Positions 1 through 12,819 of a stretch of DNA of 64,000 nt are shown here, piece after piece. The translations under genes and the position numbers were made by a program. Origin of the DNA: Octopus sinensis. Its lineage: Eukaryota. The notes beneath the pieces are model-generated. The model had not been told where the DNA came from and did no database searches. It worked only from the letters and a program-made list of their open reading frames with translations. The stretch spans positions 35,092,001 to 35,156,000 of the forward strand of contig NC_043001.1 of assembly GCF_006345805.1 (NCBI RefSeq). The letters run 5' to 3'. The stretch's first letter is position 1; each line of letters begins with the position of its first letter.

Positions 1-610
1 AAATTACCTCAGAGCTTAATGACCACATCTAGAACCTAGTTTCCTCAAAGACCGTTCGTCGGGAGCTGCACAGGATTTCACGGGAGGGCAGCTTCAAAAA
101 CAAAAAAATACAAACGTTGCAAAACTTTTAGAGTGGGGTAAAACCTGCAGAATTTGTCCCTAGAGCAGTGGAAGAGTGTTATTTTCCCGGACGAGTCATC
201 CTTTACCTTATTTCCGACCACCGGCCGAGTATACGCATGGAGATAATCAAAAGAATCATTTGATCCAGACTGCCTTCTTCCAACTGTTAAACATGGAGGA
301 GGATCTGTGATGATCTGGTGATGGTGGGGGGTATATCTTGGAAATCTGTTAGCCCAAAGGTTTTCCCAATAGCAGAATTAATTGACAAGACTATTTAAGC
401 ATTTTATCTGATCAAATTCATCCTATGGTTACAGAACTGTTTCCGGAAGGAAATGCAATCTTTCAGGATGATAATGCACCAACTCACACAACTTAAGTTG
501 TATCTGAATGGCACGAGAAACATTGTAGTGAAGTTGACCATCTTATCTGGCCAACACAGTCCCCAGATCTCAATATGATTGAACATTTATGGTGCATTTT
601 AGAAAAACAA
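1..610 (+). mobile_element. Tc1-family DNA transposon, degenerate transposase remnant (runs off window start)
   Basis: Manual translation across stops/frameshifts: QWKSVIFPDESSF...TVKHGGGSVMIW...IFQDDNAPTHT...WPTQSPDLNMIEHLW, the Tc1 DD34E catalytic motifs. Confidence 0.9.
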
Positions 611-1647
611 GAAAAGAAAAAAGAAAATTACAGCTACGTTTCCTTTGACCCTAGAAGTCAATTAAATAATTTGTTATAGATTAACTAAATGGAGAGTGGT
701 CCAAAATTTGCGAGACAACTGCTCAATCTTGGGAGGTTGATGTTCTTCAGTTTGCCAACAGAAATTTTTTCCTATGCCTGCATTTGCTTAATATTTCGGA
801 TCTGGATTTAAATATTGTAATGGAGTTCGTGGATTTCAAATGAATATGTGAACTTTCAGATTTTACATACAACGTATTTTTTTTTTATTTGCATATAGCA
901 TGAATTTTTCCATGATTCTCATCTTCATTGTATATGGTATGCATTTGGTCTTCAAACCCTATACGTGGCTAGACAATTAAGTGGCTTTAATTTTGTTGAT
1001 GTGCTGGAAAGAAGACTGATTGTTTGCCTAATGTCTTTTAAATTTGTCTTTGCATAAACCGATGCAATCTCCCTTTTCCTGGAGATAACAAGTGGGTTTC
1101 TACATAATGATGTATTCTGCAAGAAATAACACCCAAATCCGTCTCAAATCTTTTATATTAAATAAGAAAAGACACATTAAATATTGTATTACGAAATACC
1201 TCTAAACATGAGATGGCTACGTTTAGAATAATTTTACTCTTAGTTTTGCAAAAAAAAAAAAACAGCAAAATCCCGAACGAAACAAAATAAATAGTACTTA
1301 TTTCGAACGACCCCAGAAAAATAAAATCAAAGAGGTGAGTGGCAGGAATTTATCCTAGAGTAACTATGTACGTGTACTTCAGAGACCGAAATATGAGTAA
1401 TTCAAACAAATAAAAAGGTGTTTTTACTCTGTTCATATCCCGACTTAACATTCTAATAATAATCTACGACTGTGATAGAAGGTTAGACAGCTGGCAAGCT
1501 GATATCCAATCTTTGTGGGGGTTTTTTGTAGATTTTATTTTACATTATCGATTCAAGAACATGGAAAAGGAAATCCAACTGAAACCGTATTTGGCCATAG
1601 GACACAGACATGGTTAAGTATCATAAGGTATATTGTTTGCTCAATGT

Positions 1648-1880
1648 AAGGCGGCGAGCTGGCAGAAACGTTAGCACCCCGGGCGAAATGCTTTGCGGTA
1701 TTTCGTCTGCCGTTACGTTCTGAGTTCAAATTCCGCCGAGGTCGACTTTGCCTTTCATCCTTTCGGGGTAGATAAATTAAAGTACCAGTAACGCACTGGG
1801 GTCGATGTAATCGACTTAATACCTATGTCTGTCCTTGTTTGTCCCCTCTATTTTTAGCCCCTTGTGGGCAATAAAGAAAT
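1648..1880 (+). mobile_element. SINE family A, full length, tail A1 (Tx1-like)
   Basis: A-box-like TGGCAGAAACG, B-box GAGTTCAAATTCC, central CCTTTCATCCTTTCGGGG..GATAAA..AAGTACCAG block (resembles Deu/Nin-type SINE domain, from memory); 18-bp TSD AGGTATATTGTTTGCTCA at 1626-1643 and 1881-1898. Confidence 0.9.
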
Positions 1881-3435
1881 AGGTATATTGTTTGCTCATC
1901 CACCACTCTCATAAAGAGGATAATAGCAACGTTTATTAAATTTATATTTTCGGTTTCTGAATATTTTATTGGCCTCGTAAAAAAAAAAAAAAGGTAGGAG
2001 AGAAAAAGAAAAGGGCAGAAACACTAACATCACAAGGTTTCTTCCGTTACTAATATTACGGTTTATCGAGGTTAAACTCAGGTTTACAAATTCAGATTCT
2101 TTGTTCCCTTATCAGAACTAATCCTTTGTGACATGTTGTACTCATTTATACATATATTTTTTAATTTCAATTTCAGGGTTAATGCTTAGGTGATCGTCAG
2201 GTGTTGGAAGACATGACATTTCAAGCGGAAATGCAAAGAAGTAGGAATAATCCCAACTACTAAATCAGATATATAGTTTAATAGACAAGTGGCTCGTCTC
2301 TCTTATATGGTCTACTTAAGTTCAAACATACACTCACATGTTTACATCTCACATAAACATACATGCGCATACACGCTTATAAACACGTATATGAGCATGC
2401 ATAATTACCTAGAAAAATCATACTACTTTTGCAGATACACACGCTTCCCTTTCGCATTCTTTTATATCTACCGATAGCTACATGCTTGTTTTTTATAAGG
2501 AATGTACAGCAAGCGCATGAAAAATCATAGACACATATATGTGCCTGTGTGTGTGTCTCTTAGTCTTTACATATACATATATATATATATAAAGCTGTAC
2601 ATTATGTATGTGTTTCTATATATCAGAGTGTGTTAGAACTTATGATGCTAGAGATGCATAGATTGACATAAAAACGAATAGGGAAACTGATATTTATTTT
2701 CGTACAAATTTGTAAGATCCCTGGTTCTGGTGCTGTCCTACCTTTTGCAACCGGCGTAACCAAATTATCTCCGATATACCCAGGAAGCCCTACAATTTCT
2801 TGTAGAAAGATATATGTCATTCGTCGGAAACACACTGCCTTGTGTCCCAATTCTAATATCATCCGATCCGAACCTGCTACGAACCACACCATCTGCCAAT
2901 ACCTCAAATATACAGGAGACATCTATTAAAACGTCATTTCCCTAGACCTTGAATCTTTCTACCTTTTTTATGTGCACCAGTATGTTTTTTGTACTTCGAT
3001 ATGAAACGGAAACTTACAATCCAAATTATATTTTAGTGCAACATTAAACAATATGGTACAAGCAGTGATGTTACCCTTGACATCAAAAGATCACTCGACT
3101 ACTGCTTTCTCTCAAATTGTTTTTAAAAAAGCTCCTCACCTACAGATTTTATCCCTCACATATGAATCACTAACGTCTTGTAAGATGGTAGTCTCAGGAC
3201 GTATGCAACTGGGGTTCTACATGACCCAAAATCTATCAGCCTTGATGTATCTCAGCTCTAGTTCAGATTTTGTCCTGCATATTCTTTCTCTTATACAAGC
3301 ATTTGACTACATATCCAACAAAGTCCTTTTTTTTCTCGATTATATTACCCTTTGTTTTTCTCAAATCTTTCCTATTTAAGCGTCATCTACAAATAAACTA
3401 GACACATCACGCTAAATATCTGTTCACGCCACAAA

Positions 3436-3519
3436 CAATCTTATCTCCTGAAAAGCATGTCGACCAATATTATCTCCGTCAAAAGCATGTCGTCCAATAT
3501 TATCTCCGCGAAAAGCATG
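3436..3519. repeat. 30-bp minisatellite, about 2.8 copies
   Basis: AAAAGCATGTCG(A/T)CCAATATTATCTCCG.. at 3451-3480 and 3481-3510 with partial flanking copies. Confidence 0.85.
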
Positions 3520-3707
3520 AAAACAAACACACTGTATACTTCTATCTGCGTTTGGAAGAAACGAAGTTCTATCTTAGGCAGCTCTTTTCATTTCACACTC
3601 ATCGACTTCAGCGTTATTCATATGCCGCAGAAATACGCAACCGGGACATCACACGGTAAATCTACTCTTTCATATGATTAGTCATGATCTTGTAGTTTTC
3701 GATAATC

Positions 3708-3887
3708 TTTTCTACTCTAGACACAAAGCCCGAAATTTTGGGAGGAAGTTGATTAGATCGGTCCCAGTACGCCGCAACAGGTACTTAATTTATCAACTCC
3801 GAAAGGATAACAGGCAAAGTCGACTCAGAACGTAAAGACAGACGAAATACCGTTATTTCGTCCTATTGCTAACGTTTCTACCAGCTC
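3708..3887 (-). mobile_element. SINE family A, diverged, tail A2
   Basis: Body similar to 1648-1880 in reverse, with the alternative tail (plus strand TTCTACTCTAGACACAAAGCCCGAAATTTTGGG). Confidence 0.75.
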
Positions 3888-4270
3888 AGAGATACACTGT
3901 CACTGTAACTCGTCATACGACGAAAACAATACTCTGTTACACATTCAACTATTTGTTGTCTAATGTTTGTAGACAACGCGCTGTTAACCCTCACAAATAT
4001 GTAAGTAATATAAGGTCTCACATTATCTGATGACACCTTGATGACGGCACATATGTAACATAACTGCTAAAATGACATCTCTGACTACTGCCTAAGAATA
4101 CTTAAACTCCTGTCAATTGGTGACCCTGAACAGAAGTAATATTATCTAGTTTGCGACAGATCTATTGTAGCTTGTCAGATACCTAAATGTTCACCAACCA
4201 ATACATTATAAACGTTTGCCCATATACGTGCTATCCAATTACCACCTACATTCTATAGCTTGTACAACAT

Positions 4271-4583
4271 TGTGAAAACGCGTGGCTTAGTGGGTAGAGC
4301 AGTTGGCTCATGACCGTGAGGTCGTGAGTTCAATTCCTGGCGTTTGTGTCCTTGAGCAAGTCACTTTATTTCACATCCCTCCAGTCCACTTAACTAGGAA
4401 AAATGAACAGTACCTGCATTTCAACGAGCCACACTCTGTGTCACGTTGAATATTCCTGAGAACTACGTTTAGGCTACATATGCCTGTGGAATGATCAGCC
4501 ACTTACACGTTAATTTCACGAGCAAACTCTTCCGTTGATCGTATCGGATGGAACCTACGACGTCGTAACCGACGGAGGACTCC
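4271..4583 (+). mobile_element. tRNA-derived SINE: CORE-like middle B + tail X
   Basis: TGGCTTAGTGG A box, GAGTTCAATTCC B box, TGTGTCCTTGAGCAAGTCACTT CORE-like block; 3' part shared with 14797-15165. Confidence 0.8.
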
Positions 4584-4998
4584 TTTTTCGTAGAGCATCC
4601 TCTGCACCTCTTAACAATCTAGTGGTAGAACACCTCTACCGAAACCCACTTGACTTATTTATTTCTTACACACATACACATGCACGCACATACTTACATA
4701 TGAATTATATGTGCCTTTTACATGCATGATTATACGTGTATATCATTAAAAAATGTCAAAGCTCCTTCCCGACTCACAAGCGCAGTGGAACTGTTTCGCG
4801 GATTTTGTGGCTCATATGTTCCCACTCTCTCGGAACATATGATTGTGCCAAATGATTGAACTGGAGCAACGTGAAATGAAGTGCTCTCCTCAGGAATACA
4901 ACGCATCACCCAATCCTGGACCCGAAACATCAATCTTACGATCATGAATGTTACACCTCTGCCATGAAATGATGGGCTATTACGTGTATATTCATACA

Positions 4999-6012
<1,014 letters not shown>

Positions 6013-6722
6013 AAGTACACATACATACATTCATATTTGTGTGTCTGTTTGTACGCATGCATAGATACTAAAATATGTACAGAGACAAAGAAATGGGCGT
6101 AAAAATACAAACACTTTATATACGCATGTATACTGCTGCTTATGTGCCTGGATATATATCTATGTGTATATAACCAGCTTTACTCATAGATACAATATTA
6201 ACATGGCTTCAGGAAGGATATTAATAATATTTTTTATGACTGTATCATATCACGAGCTGGGGAATCGTATTCCTTCCTCTAAACTACATATCAAGTAAAT
6301 GGTAAAAGGATACGTTGACCACCATTATATTAGTGGTGACGTCTTTTTATTGGTTGCTTCCTGTTTGTGTCATTATTTTGATATCGTTTTAGTAGTCTTA
6401 AAGTTGATGGTTTTATGTCTTTGCTCGTGTTGTCAGCCATTTTTGTATTGTTTCTCGATATTAATTTTCTTTCTATCGTGGTGGAATGTCAGTGTTGACA
6501 AAGTTGTTACTGCTGTTGATGGCTACTCTTCTTGAATTCTTTTTATTTCGTTTGTGTAGCAGGTGTTTAAATAACTAAATGAGATTTCGTGTTGTGCCAA
6601 GACTACGTGCTGCTTTGGAAGCTTCTGTCAAAACGATTTCTCATAATTGAATCTAATTTTAACACTATGGAAGCAATTTTGATTGGAAGCTGCAAGTTGC
6701 TATCATCATCCTAGTAAATGAA

Positions 6723-6861
6723 TGGTTCATTATTTTTTTCGATCCCAGGAAAACTGAAGGTAAATTTGACCGTGGCGGAATTTGAACTTGAAGCGTATAG
6801 AGCCAGAGCAAATACGTAAAGACATTTTGTTATTTTGAGGCTCTAAAATTCTGCCAGCTCA
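6723..6861 (-). mobile_element. Old degenerate SINE family A fragment
   Basis: GGCGGAATTTGAACT (reverse B box) and CTGCCAGCTC (reverse head) recognisable. Confidence 0.55.
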
Positions 6862-7894
6862 TCCAATTGAATTAATTTTTCATGAGGTGTGAAAACATGA
6901 GTCCTATGCACCTGTTTAAAGCAAATACTTCTAAGAGATATTTAACTGGTTCCAAAAGAATCATGGTTCAATTTTGACTTTGAATGATAAAAAGAAATTA
7001 TTTTCTTCGGCTTTCTAGGGGTAAACTGATTGGAGTGACAGCTTAATAGTTATTCGAACCGCTCATGTTATGAAGTCTCGAAATACTTATAATTCTACAC
7101 TGCTTTCATGGCCTTTGATAATGAATGACGAACGCTCCTGAACACTGCCTGAGTGTAATATTTAAGTATTTGATAGTTAAATATATGACATAAAGTCAGG
7201 TACTAACTCACTAACATTTTGGAGAGACAATATCATAATAACCAATCATTGCTTGCTCTGAATTAGTTTTTGATTCTCAATCGATGCTTGCTTGAATCCT
7301 TTAATCTAGAAATATATTTAAGTATTCACAATTCTGTGTTTTGATATACTTGTTAACGCTTATTCATATGAGTTCAATAAAACAAAACAACATCGACGTT
7401 ATAATTATCATATTCTCTCACGTGAATTTCTCAAGCTAACTGAGCCGTATGCATATCGAAAGACATACTATAGAGATTCCATATGACATACAACAATAAG
7501 TTTATTTTCTGTATTCTGGTTGTGAATATTTTGGAGAGTAAAAATTTGAGTCTTCAAGAGATAAATTTTACAAGTGCATGTCATTGATATTAAAAGTTTA
7601 TTTTACGTATAAGCAATAAAAATACTATAATTAGCTTTATAATAGATATGCATTATGATTTACAGACCATTTGGTAGTTTACAGTCGTCTAGTGACAAAC
7701 ACAGAGCTGTAATTTATTGCCTATTACTGTTGTGTGTATTACTATATGTAAGCGCATTTGGATGTTTGTGTTGTGTATGTGTATATCTAGGCTTTACGGT
7801 ATTCATAGTGAAACCAAAGCTCTAAATAATATTGTCCAATGATGGTAAAACTTTTGAATATTGGCTTCAATTTATTCATGTAGTAATAATATGT

Positions 7895-8213
7895 GAGTGT
7901 GGAGGCGCAATGGCCCAGTGGTTACGGCAGCGGACTCGCAGTCGGAGGGTAGTGATTTCGATTCCCAGACCGGGCATTGTGTGTGTTTATTGAGCGAAAA
8001 CACCTACAAAGCTCCACAAGGCTCAGGCAGGGGTCGGTAGTGACCCCTGTTGTACTCTTTCGCAACAACTTTCTCTCACTCTCTCTTCCTGTTTCTTGAG
8101 TAACGCTGCGATGGACTGATGTTTCGTCCAGCTGGGGGGAAGACATACGCCACAGAAACCGGGAAACCGGGCCCATGAGCCTGGCTAGGATTGAAAAGGG
8201 CGACGTTTATCGT
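7895..8213 (+). mobile_element. tRNA-derived SINE: head/middle D + tail E
   Basis: TGGCCCAGTGG A box, TTTCGATTCCC B box; 11-bp TSD TAATAATATGT at 7884-7894 and 8214-8224; head/middle shared with 14797-15165, tail shared with 61181-61443. Confidence 0.85.
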
Positions 8214-9863
8214 TAATAATATGTTCGTAACCTTCAAGGCGAATGTATTGACTTATTAAATGCGCATTCAAAATTTTGCATCTAGATACTGTATATTAAC
8301 TTAAAATGTACTTATTAGCTCTATAAATGTTGCTCATGAACTGAGTTGTAGTTTATAGGTAATGTTCTAGTGATAAGGATAACATTGTATTCTAGTATAC
8401 CCCATAATTTTGCTACGCTGATTGGTTACGCCAAATTATTAAATATAAAAGACAATTTATTAATGAAATGTGGTGAAATAAATTGAGTTCAGATAGCACT
8501 CTGTAAATTTATTAATACATTTATCTGTACAAACGGTATATCAAGAAGTTCTCAGATTTTAAACAGACGGACAAATACGAAAAGGGAAGAGTAGAAAAAG
8601 AAAAGAGGAAATCAAAATTACGAATTCCATTTTAAATCTCGACAGTTGGATATAGATTTCAACGCCAAAGGACGTCAAGCGCCACCGTACGGTATCTGCC
8701 AAGAAACCTGCTGAGGGATTTTCATTTTCACGGAAGATTGGCAAACGAAGAATTGTAAGATGGCAATGAGACAACTTTTAACTGTTGAGCTATATCTAAA
8801 GAATATCCGAACTTCTGCAATTTCACAATGCTACGAAAGTTACATATAAAATATATGATGGAAAGTTAGAAAAGTAAATTATTTGACGCAAAACAACACT
8901 ACACAACTATATTAATTCCTGTTTCACGTACATAAATATTCATACAGACCTATATCTAAATACGCATGGATGCAAAACCAAGTATCTACGTATGAGAATT
9001 TGTCTGGATATATGCAATGATGTACGTGGCAGAGGCTGGCATATTCTACTTGTCAAAATAGAAATATCGAGAATTTGTTATATATTCGTAAATATAGAAC
9101 TGTGATTAAAGCAGAATATATTAAAATAGCTAGATTTAAAGTATTTACTTTATACACCAGGTTGAACAAAAAAATACCCATGGTAGCCGAACGTCTATTA
9201 ACGTTTTGTATCGTTGGTTCAATAAAAAAGAATATAAAAGCTATATTTGATTTCCTTGTTTATTCTTGGTGTTTTTGTCTTGTATTTTTCGATATGTTGA
9301 ATATTGAAAATAGACTCTACGACTTGCAATACGGAATTGCGAAATATACATCATATATGATATTAAAATGAACAATAAAATAATATCGACTTTCTTTGAT
9401 ATTAAGATATATAATATCCGTTAAGGTGTCTTCTGGAGCTTGTAATATGTTGTATCATATAAAGTTCTTATACATAAAAACTTCAAATATTTGATGAAAT
9501 CTGTATAAGTTTTTGAATATGTACATGCATTCCTTAATGCATTTTCCCGTTATTGGCATTAAATATTTTCATAAGTACCAAGTAACATTATCTGATGGAA
9601 GAGAGAGGTTTAGCAGAACATATCCAAGAGTTAGAGAAAATAATATCTTGAAATACGTACATGGCTTTACATAATTATATAAGAAGCTGTACACTCAAAA
9701 TGGCGAAATATATATGAATTTAGGCAAAGTTGTATAGGGATTTTGTAAGGTCAAATCCTCTGTTAGTGTTCGCGTTATATATATATATATATATGGGGGG
9801 AGTGTGTGTGTGAAAGTGATCGTACGGTCGTAAGTTCGTGAGCTCAATTCCCGGCGACGTGTG

Positions 9864-10138
9864 TTGCCAAACAGGGCTGCACACAAACGGGACAAATTAC
9901 AAGGTAGAGCTTTTCTTTTTGGGGACAAAAAAGGGGGTTTAGTTTTCGATCAAAAGGGATCGTAAAAGGAAAGAAAGAGGAAAGCAAAAAAAAGGGGGGG
10001 ATAAAAGGAAAAGGAAAAACTCGATCAATAGGGATCGTTATCACAGAAATGTCAATATAAAGTGTAAAGGGGAAGACAGGTGAGGTTTACCTGTGGAAAG
10101 AAAAGCCTACAGAAAAGACCACAGTAACCTCGGTACAT
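9864..10138 (-). mobile_element. Probable LINE 3'-UTR fragment ending in a Tx1/SINE-A1-like terminus
   Basis: Minus strand is pyrimidine-rich and ends CCTTGTAATTTGTCCCGTTTGTGTGCAGCCCTGTTTGGCAA, similar to the SINE A1 tail; abuts a plus-strand tRNA-like SINE head fragment (about 9815-9863). Confidence 0.45.
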
Positions 10139-10146
10139 AGATAGAG

Positions 10147-10184
<38 letters not shown>

Positions 10185-10892
10185 GAAAATATGATTGTAA
10201 TATGCTTACACTGATCTACGAAATTAGCAATGTATTTTTGAAATTATGACGGCGATCTGTGATGCTTTGCTGGATCGAGTTACTTCATAAGTTTCAGCTG
10301 AAATTTGAGCGGATGTGTAGTATCATACTTAGATATTTTTCTCTATACCAGCAAACATTGTTGAAATTAGAAATTACTTCTTGTGTTGCAGTTTAGAAAT
10401 GTATAACAGATGAACAGAATTAGTTGTATTGAAATCCGAACATATATTAATACAATATATTAATTTCATATTATAAACTGTACAGCAGATAGTGTCTGAG
10501 TGGCATGTTATGAATCTTATTTCTCCTTAACAGAATCATTAGATGAATATGTATAATTATTAGTATCTAGATGTTTAACTAGAAATATTAATACGATTTT
10601 ATTGTTTCTGTGCGATTGTTTTCTGTCTATCTATCTATCTATCTAACTATCTATCTATCTATCTATCTATATTTGTGTATTTGTATGTGTGTGTGTATTT
10701 CCTTATGCATGCTACATATGTGAATTTTATACATTACATACACTATACAAGTAGATGAGCAAGCGATCAACTAATTGAACGACACTATAGCAGGAATATG
10801 GGTTTCTGGTTTTAATACTGCAACGTTTAAATAATTCAGAAAACAATATTTACATATTGTTACACAATATTTACATATTGTTACATAAGCTA

Positions 10893-11270
10893 CACCAATG
10901 CCTGAACGGGACGACACTGCATAGTGCCAAAGATCTCAGCAATGCCATCACGCTTCAGGACCAGTTACAGCAACAACCTGGGTTTCATGGGCCACAGCTT
11001 TTTAATATTCTCCCAAAGAGTCTGAGGAACTTGCACAAAGTAGATGTAGGGGTTTTTAAATCAAAGCTGGACTTCTTCCTGCTGAGAATCCCAGATGAAC
11101 CTACCTCACGGCAAGAGGTGCAAATGAGGGTAGCTGTATCAAACTCCATTCTTCACTAAGTGCCGCATATTAGAGGAGGCTCTTAGTAATAACAGTGTTG
11201 CACAAAACGGCGGTGCATCAGCATGGCCGCAGCTCTGAGCTGAAATTAGAAAAAGAAAACAAAAAGAAGA
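10893..11270 (+). mobile_element. CR1-like LINE, 3' end of ORF2 and 3' UTR
   Basis: GPQLFNILPKSLRNLHKVDVGVFKSKLDFFLLRIPDEP is typical of CR1-group ORF2 C-termini; 3' stem GGCGGTGCATCAGCATGGCCGCAG followed by an A-rich tail. Confidence 0.85.
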
Positions 11271-12004
11271 AAAAGAATATATTTACGCAACATAAATAAT
11301 TTCTGGATGCATTTTCAAAAGTGGTTTTTAACTTTAGCACAATCCCAGTTATTTGAGTAGTCGTATTTATAATCATTTCCATTGACAACAGTTCTGCACT
11401 AGTATTTATTTCTTCAACTCTAGATGTTTAAATGAAGCACATACAAGTCTGTAAACACATCGTCCTAAAAATATTTAAAAATATTTAAAAATATTTAAAA
11501 ATAAAATATTTCTATATATACCCTTAAAATAGGTTTATGTTAGTTGGAAAACTTACATCTTTCTTTGAACTAAGAACACCGACATTATTTTTTCTCTCTA
11601 AAATTCCTTGTTGATTTACCTGTGTTGCAAATATATTTTAGTTTTTCTTCGATAAACTGTAGAATTTCTCTGGACTACTACCCTCTCTATCCTTCCACTT
11701 TTCCTTTAATACGTTGAGCTACAATAGATAAGACAAATTCCTTGATCTCACTAAGACTAGAACGACTAAAAAGGTTATATAATCTGCTTTTTTTTTCTCT
11801 GGTTCACTAAGATTAAAACTAAACTGTGTTCAATTTTTTTCTCATTCCCTCCACAAAATTTATTTTCTCTTATAAGATACGATATTTACAAAATGAGAAT
11901 TGCAAATCCCAAACGGATTGTAATTTTACAACTGCAACGTTTACAATATGTAAAAATATTATGATTGATTCTTCTAGAAGAAGAAACAATGCAAATAAAT
12001 ATTG

Positions 12005-12798
12005 ATTTCAAATTTTGGCACCACGACTGCCATTTCGGAGGCAGGGGTAAGACGATTACATCGAACTAGTATTCAACTGGTACTTACTTTATCTACTGCG
12101 AAACGATGAAAAGCAAAGTCGACCTCGGCGAAATTAGAACGCAGAACATTAAGACAAGATTCTTATTTCTTTATTGCCCACAATAAAGACGGAATACCTC
12201 TTTCTTTATTGCCTACAAGGGGCTAAACATAGAGGGGACAAACAAGGACAGACAAACGGATTAAGTCGGTTACATCGACCCCAGTGCGTAACTGGTACTT
12301 TATTTATCGACCCCGAAAGGATGAAAGGCAAAGTCGACCTCAGCGGAATTTGAACTCAGAAGGTAACGGCAGATGGAATACCTATTTATTTACTACCCAC
12401 AAGAAGCTAAACACAGAGAGGACAAACAAGGACAACAAACGGATGAAGTCGATTATATCGACCCCAGTGCGTAACTGGTACTTATTTAATCGACAACGAA
12501 ATGATGAAAGGCAAAGTTGACCTCGGCGGAATTTGAATTCAGAACGTAACGGCAGACGAAATACCTATTTCTTTACTACCCACAAGGGGCTAAACACAGA
12601 GGGGACAAACAAGGATAGACAACCGGATTAAGTCGATTACATCGACCCCAGTGCGTAACTTTTACTTAATTTATCGACCCCGAAAGGATGAAAGGCAAAA
12701 TCGACCTCGGCGGAATTTGAACTCAGAACGTAATGGCAGCCGAAGTACTGCGAAGCATTCCGGCCGGCGTGGTAAGTATTCGGTTAGCTCGCCGCCTT
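12005..12798 (-). mobile_element. SINE family A tandem array: one head, three ~184-bp bodies, a mini-unit and an old terminal unit
   Basis: Unit junctions ATACCT at 12194, 12378, 12561 (periods 184 and 183); single head at about 12740-12798. Confidence 0.9.
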
Positions 12799-12819
12799 AA
12801 AGCAAATCGGTATTGCTAG

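Noticed and set aside
2170-2205. CUGACGA on the minus strand with a downstream GAAA
   Set aside because: No closing pair for stem II and no stem I or III; chance match. The same applies to core-like words near 750, 4030, 21200, 23060, 37775 and 52120.
2623-2922. 99-aa minus-strand ORF; the plus strand is C/A-rich like a LINE end
   Set aside because: No recognisable motif on either strand; at most an unassignable old LINE fragment.
12165-12798. Array as a CRISPR locus or a hammerhead retrozyme tandem
   Set aside because: Units are ~184-bp SINE bodies with no unique spacers, and I found no CUGANGA/GAAA core on either strand.
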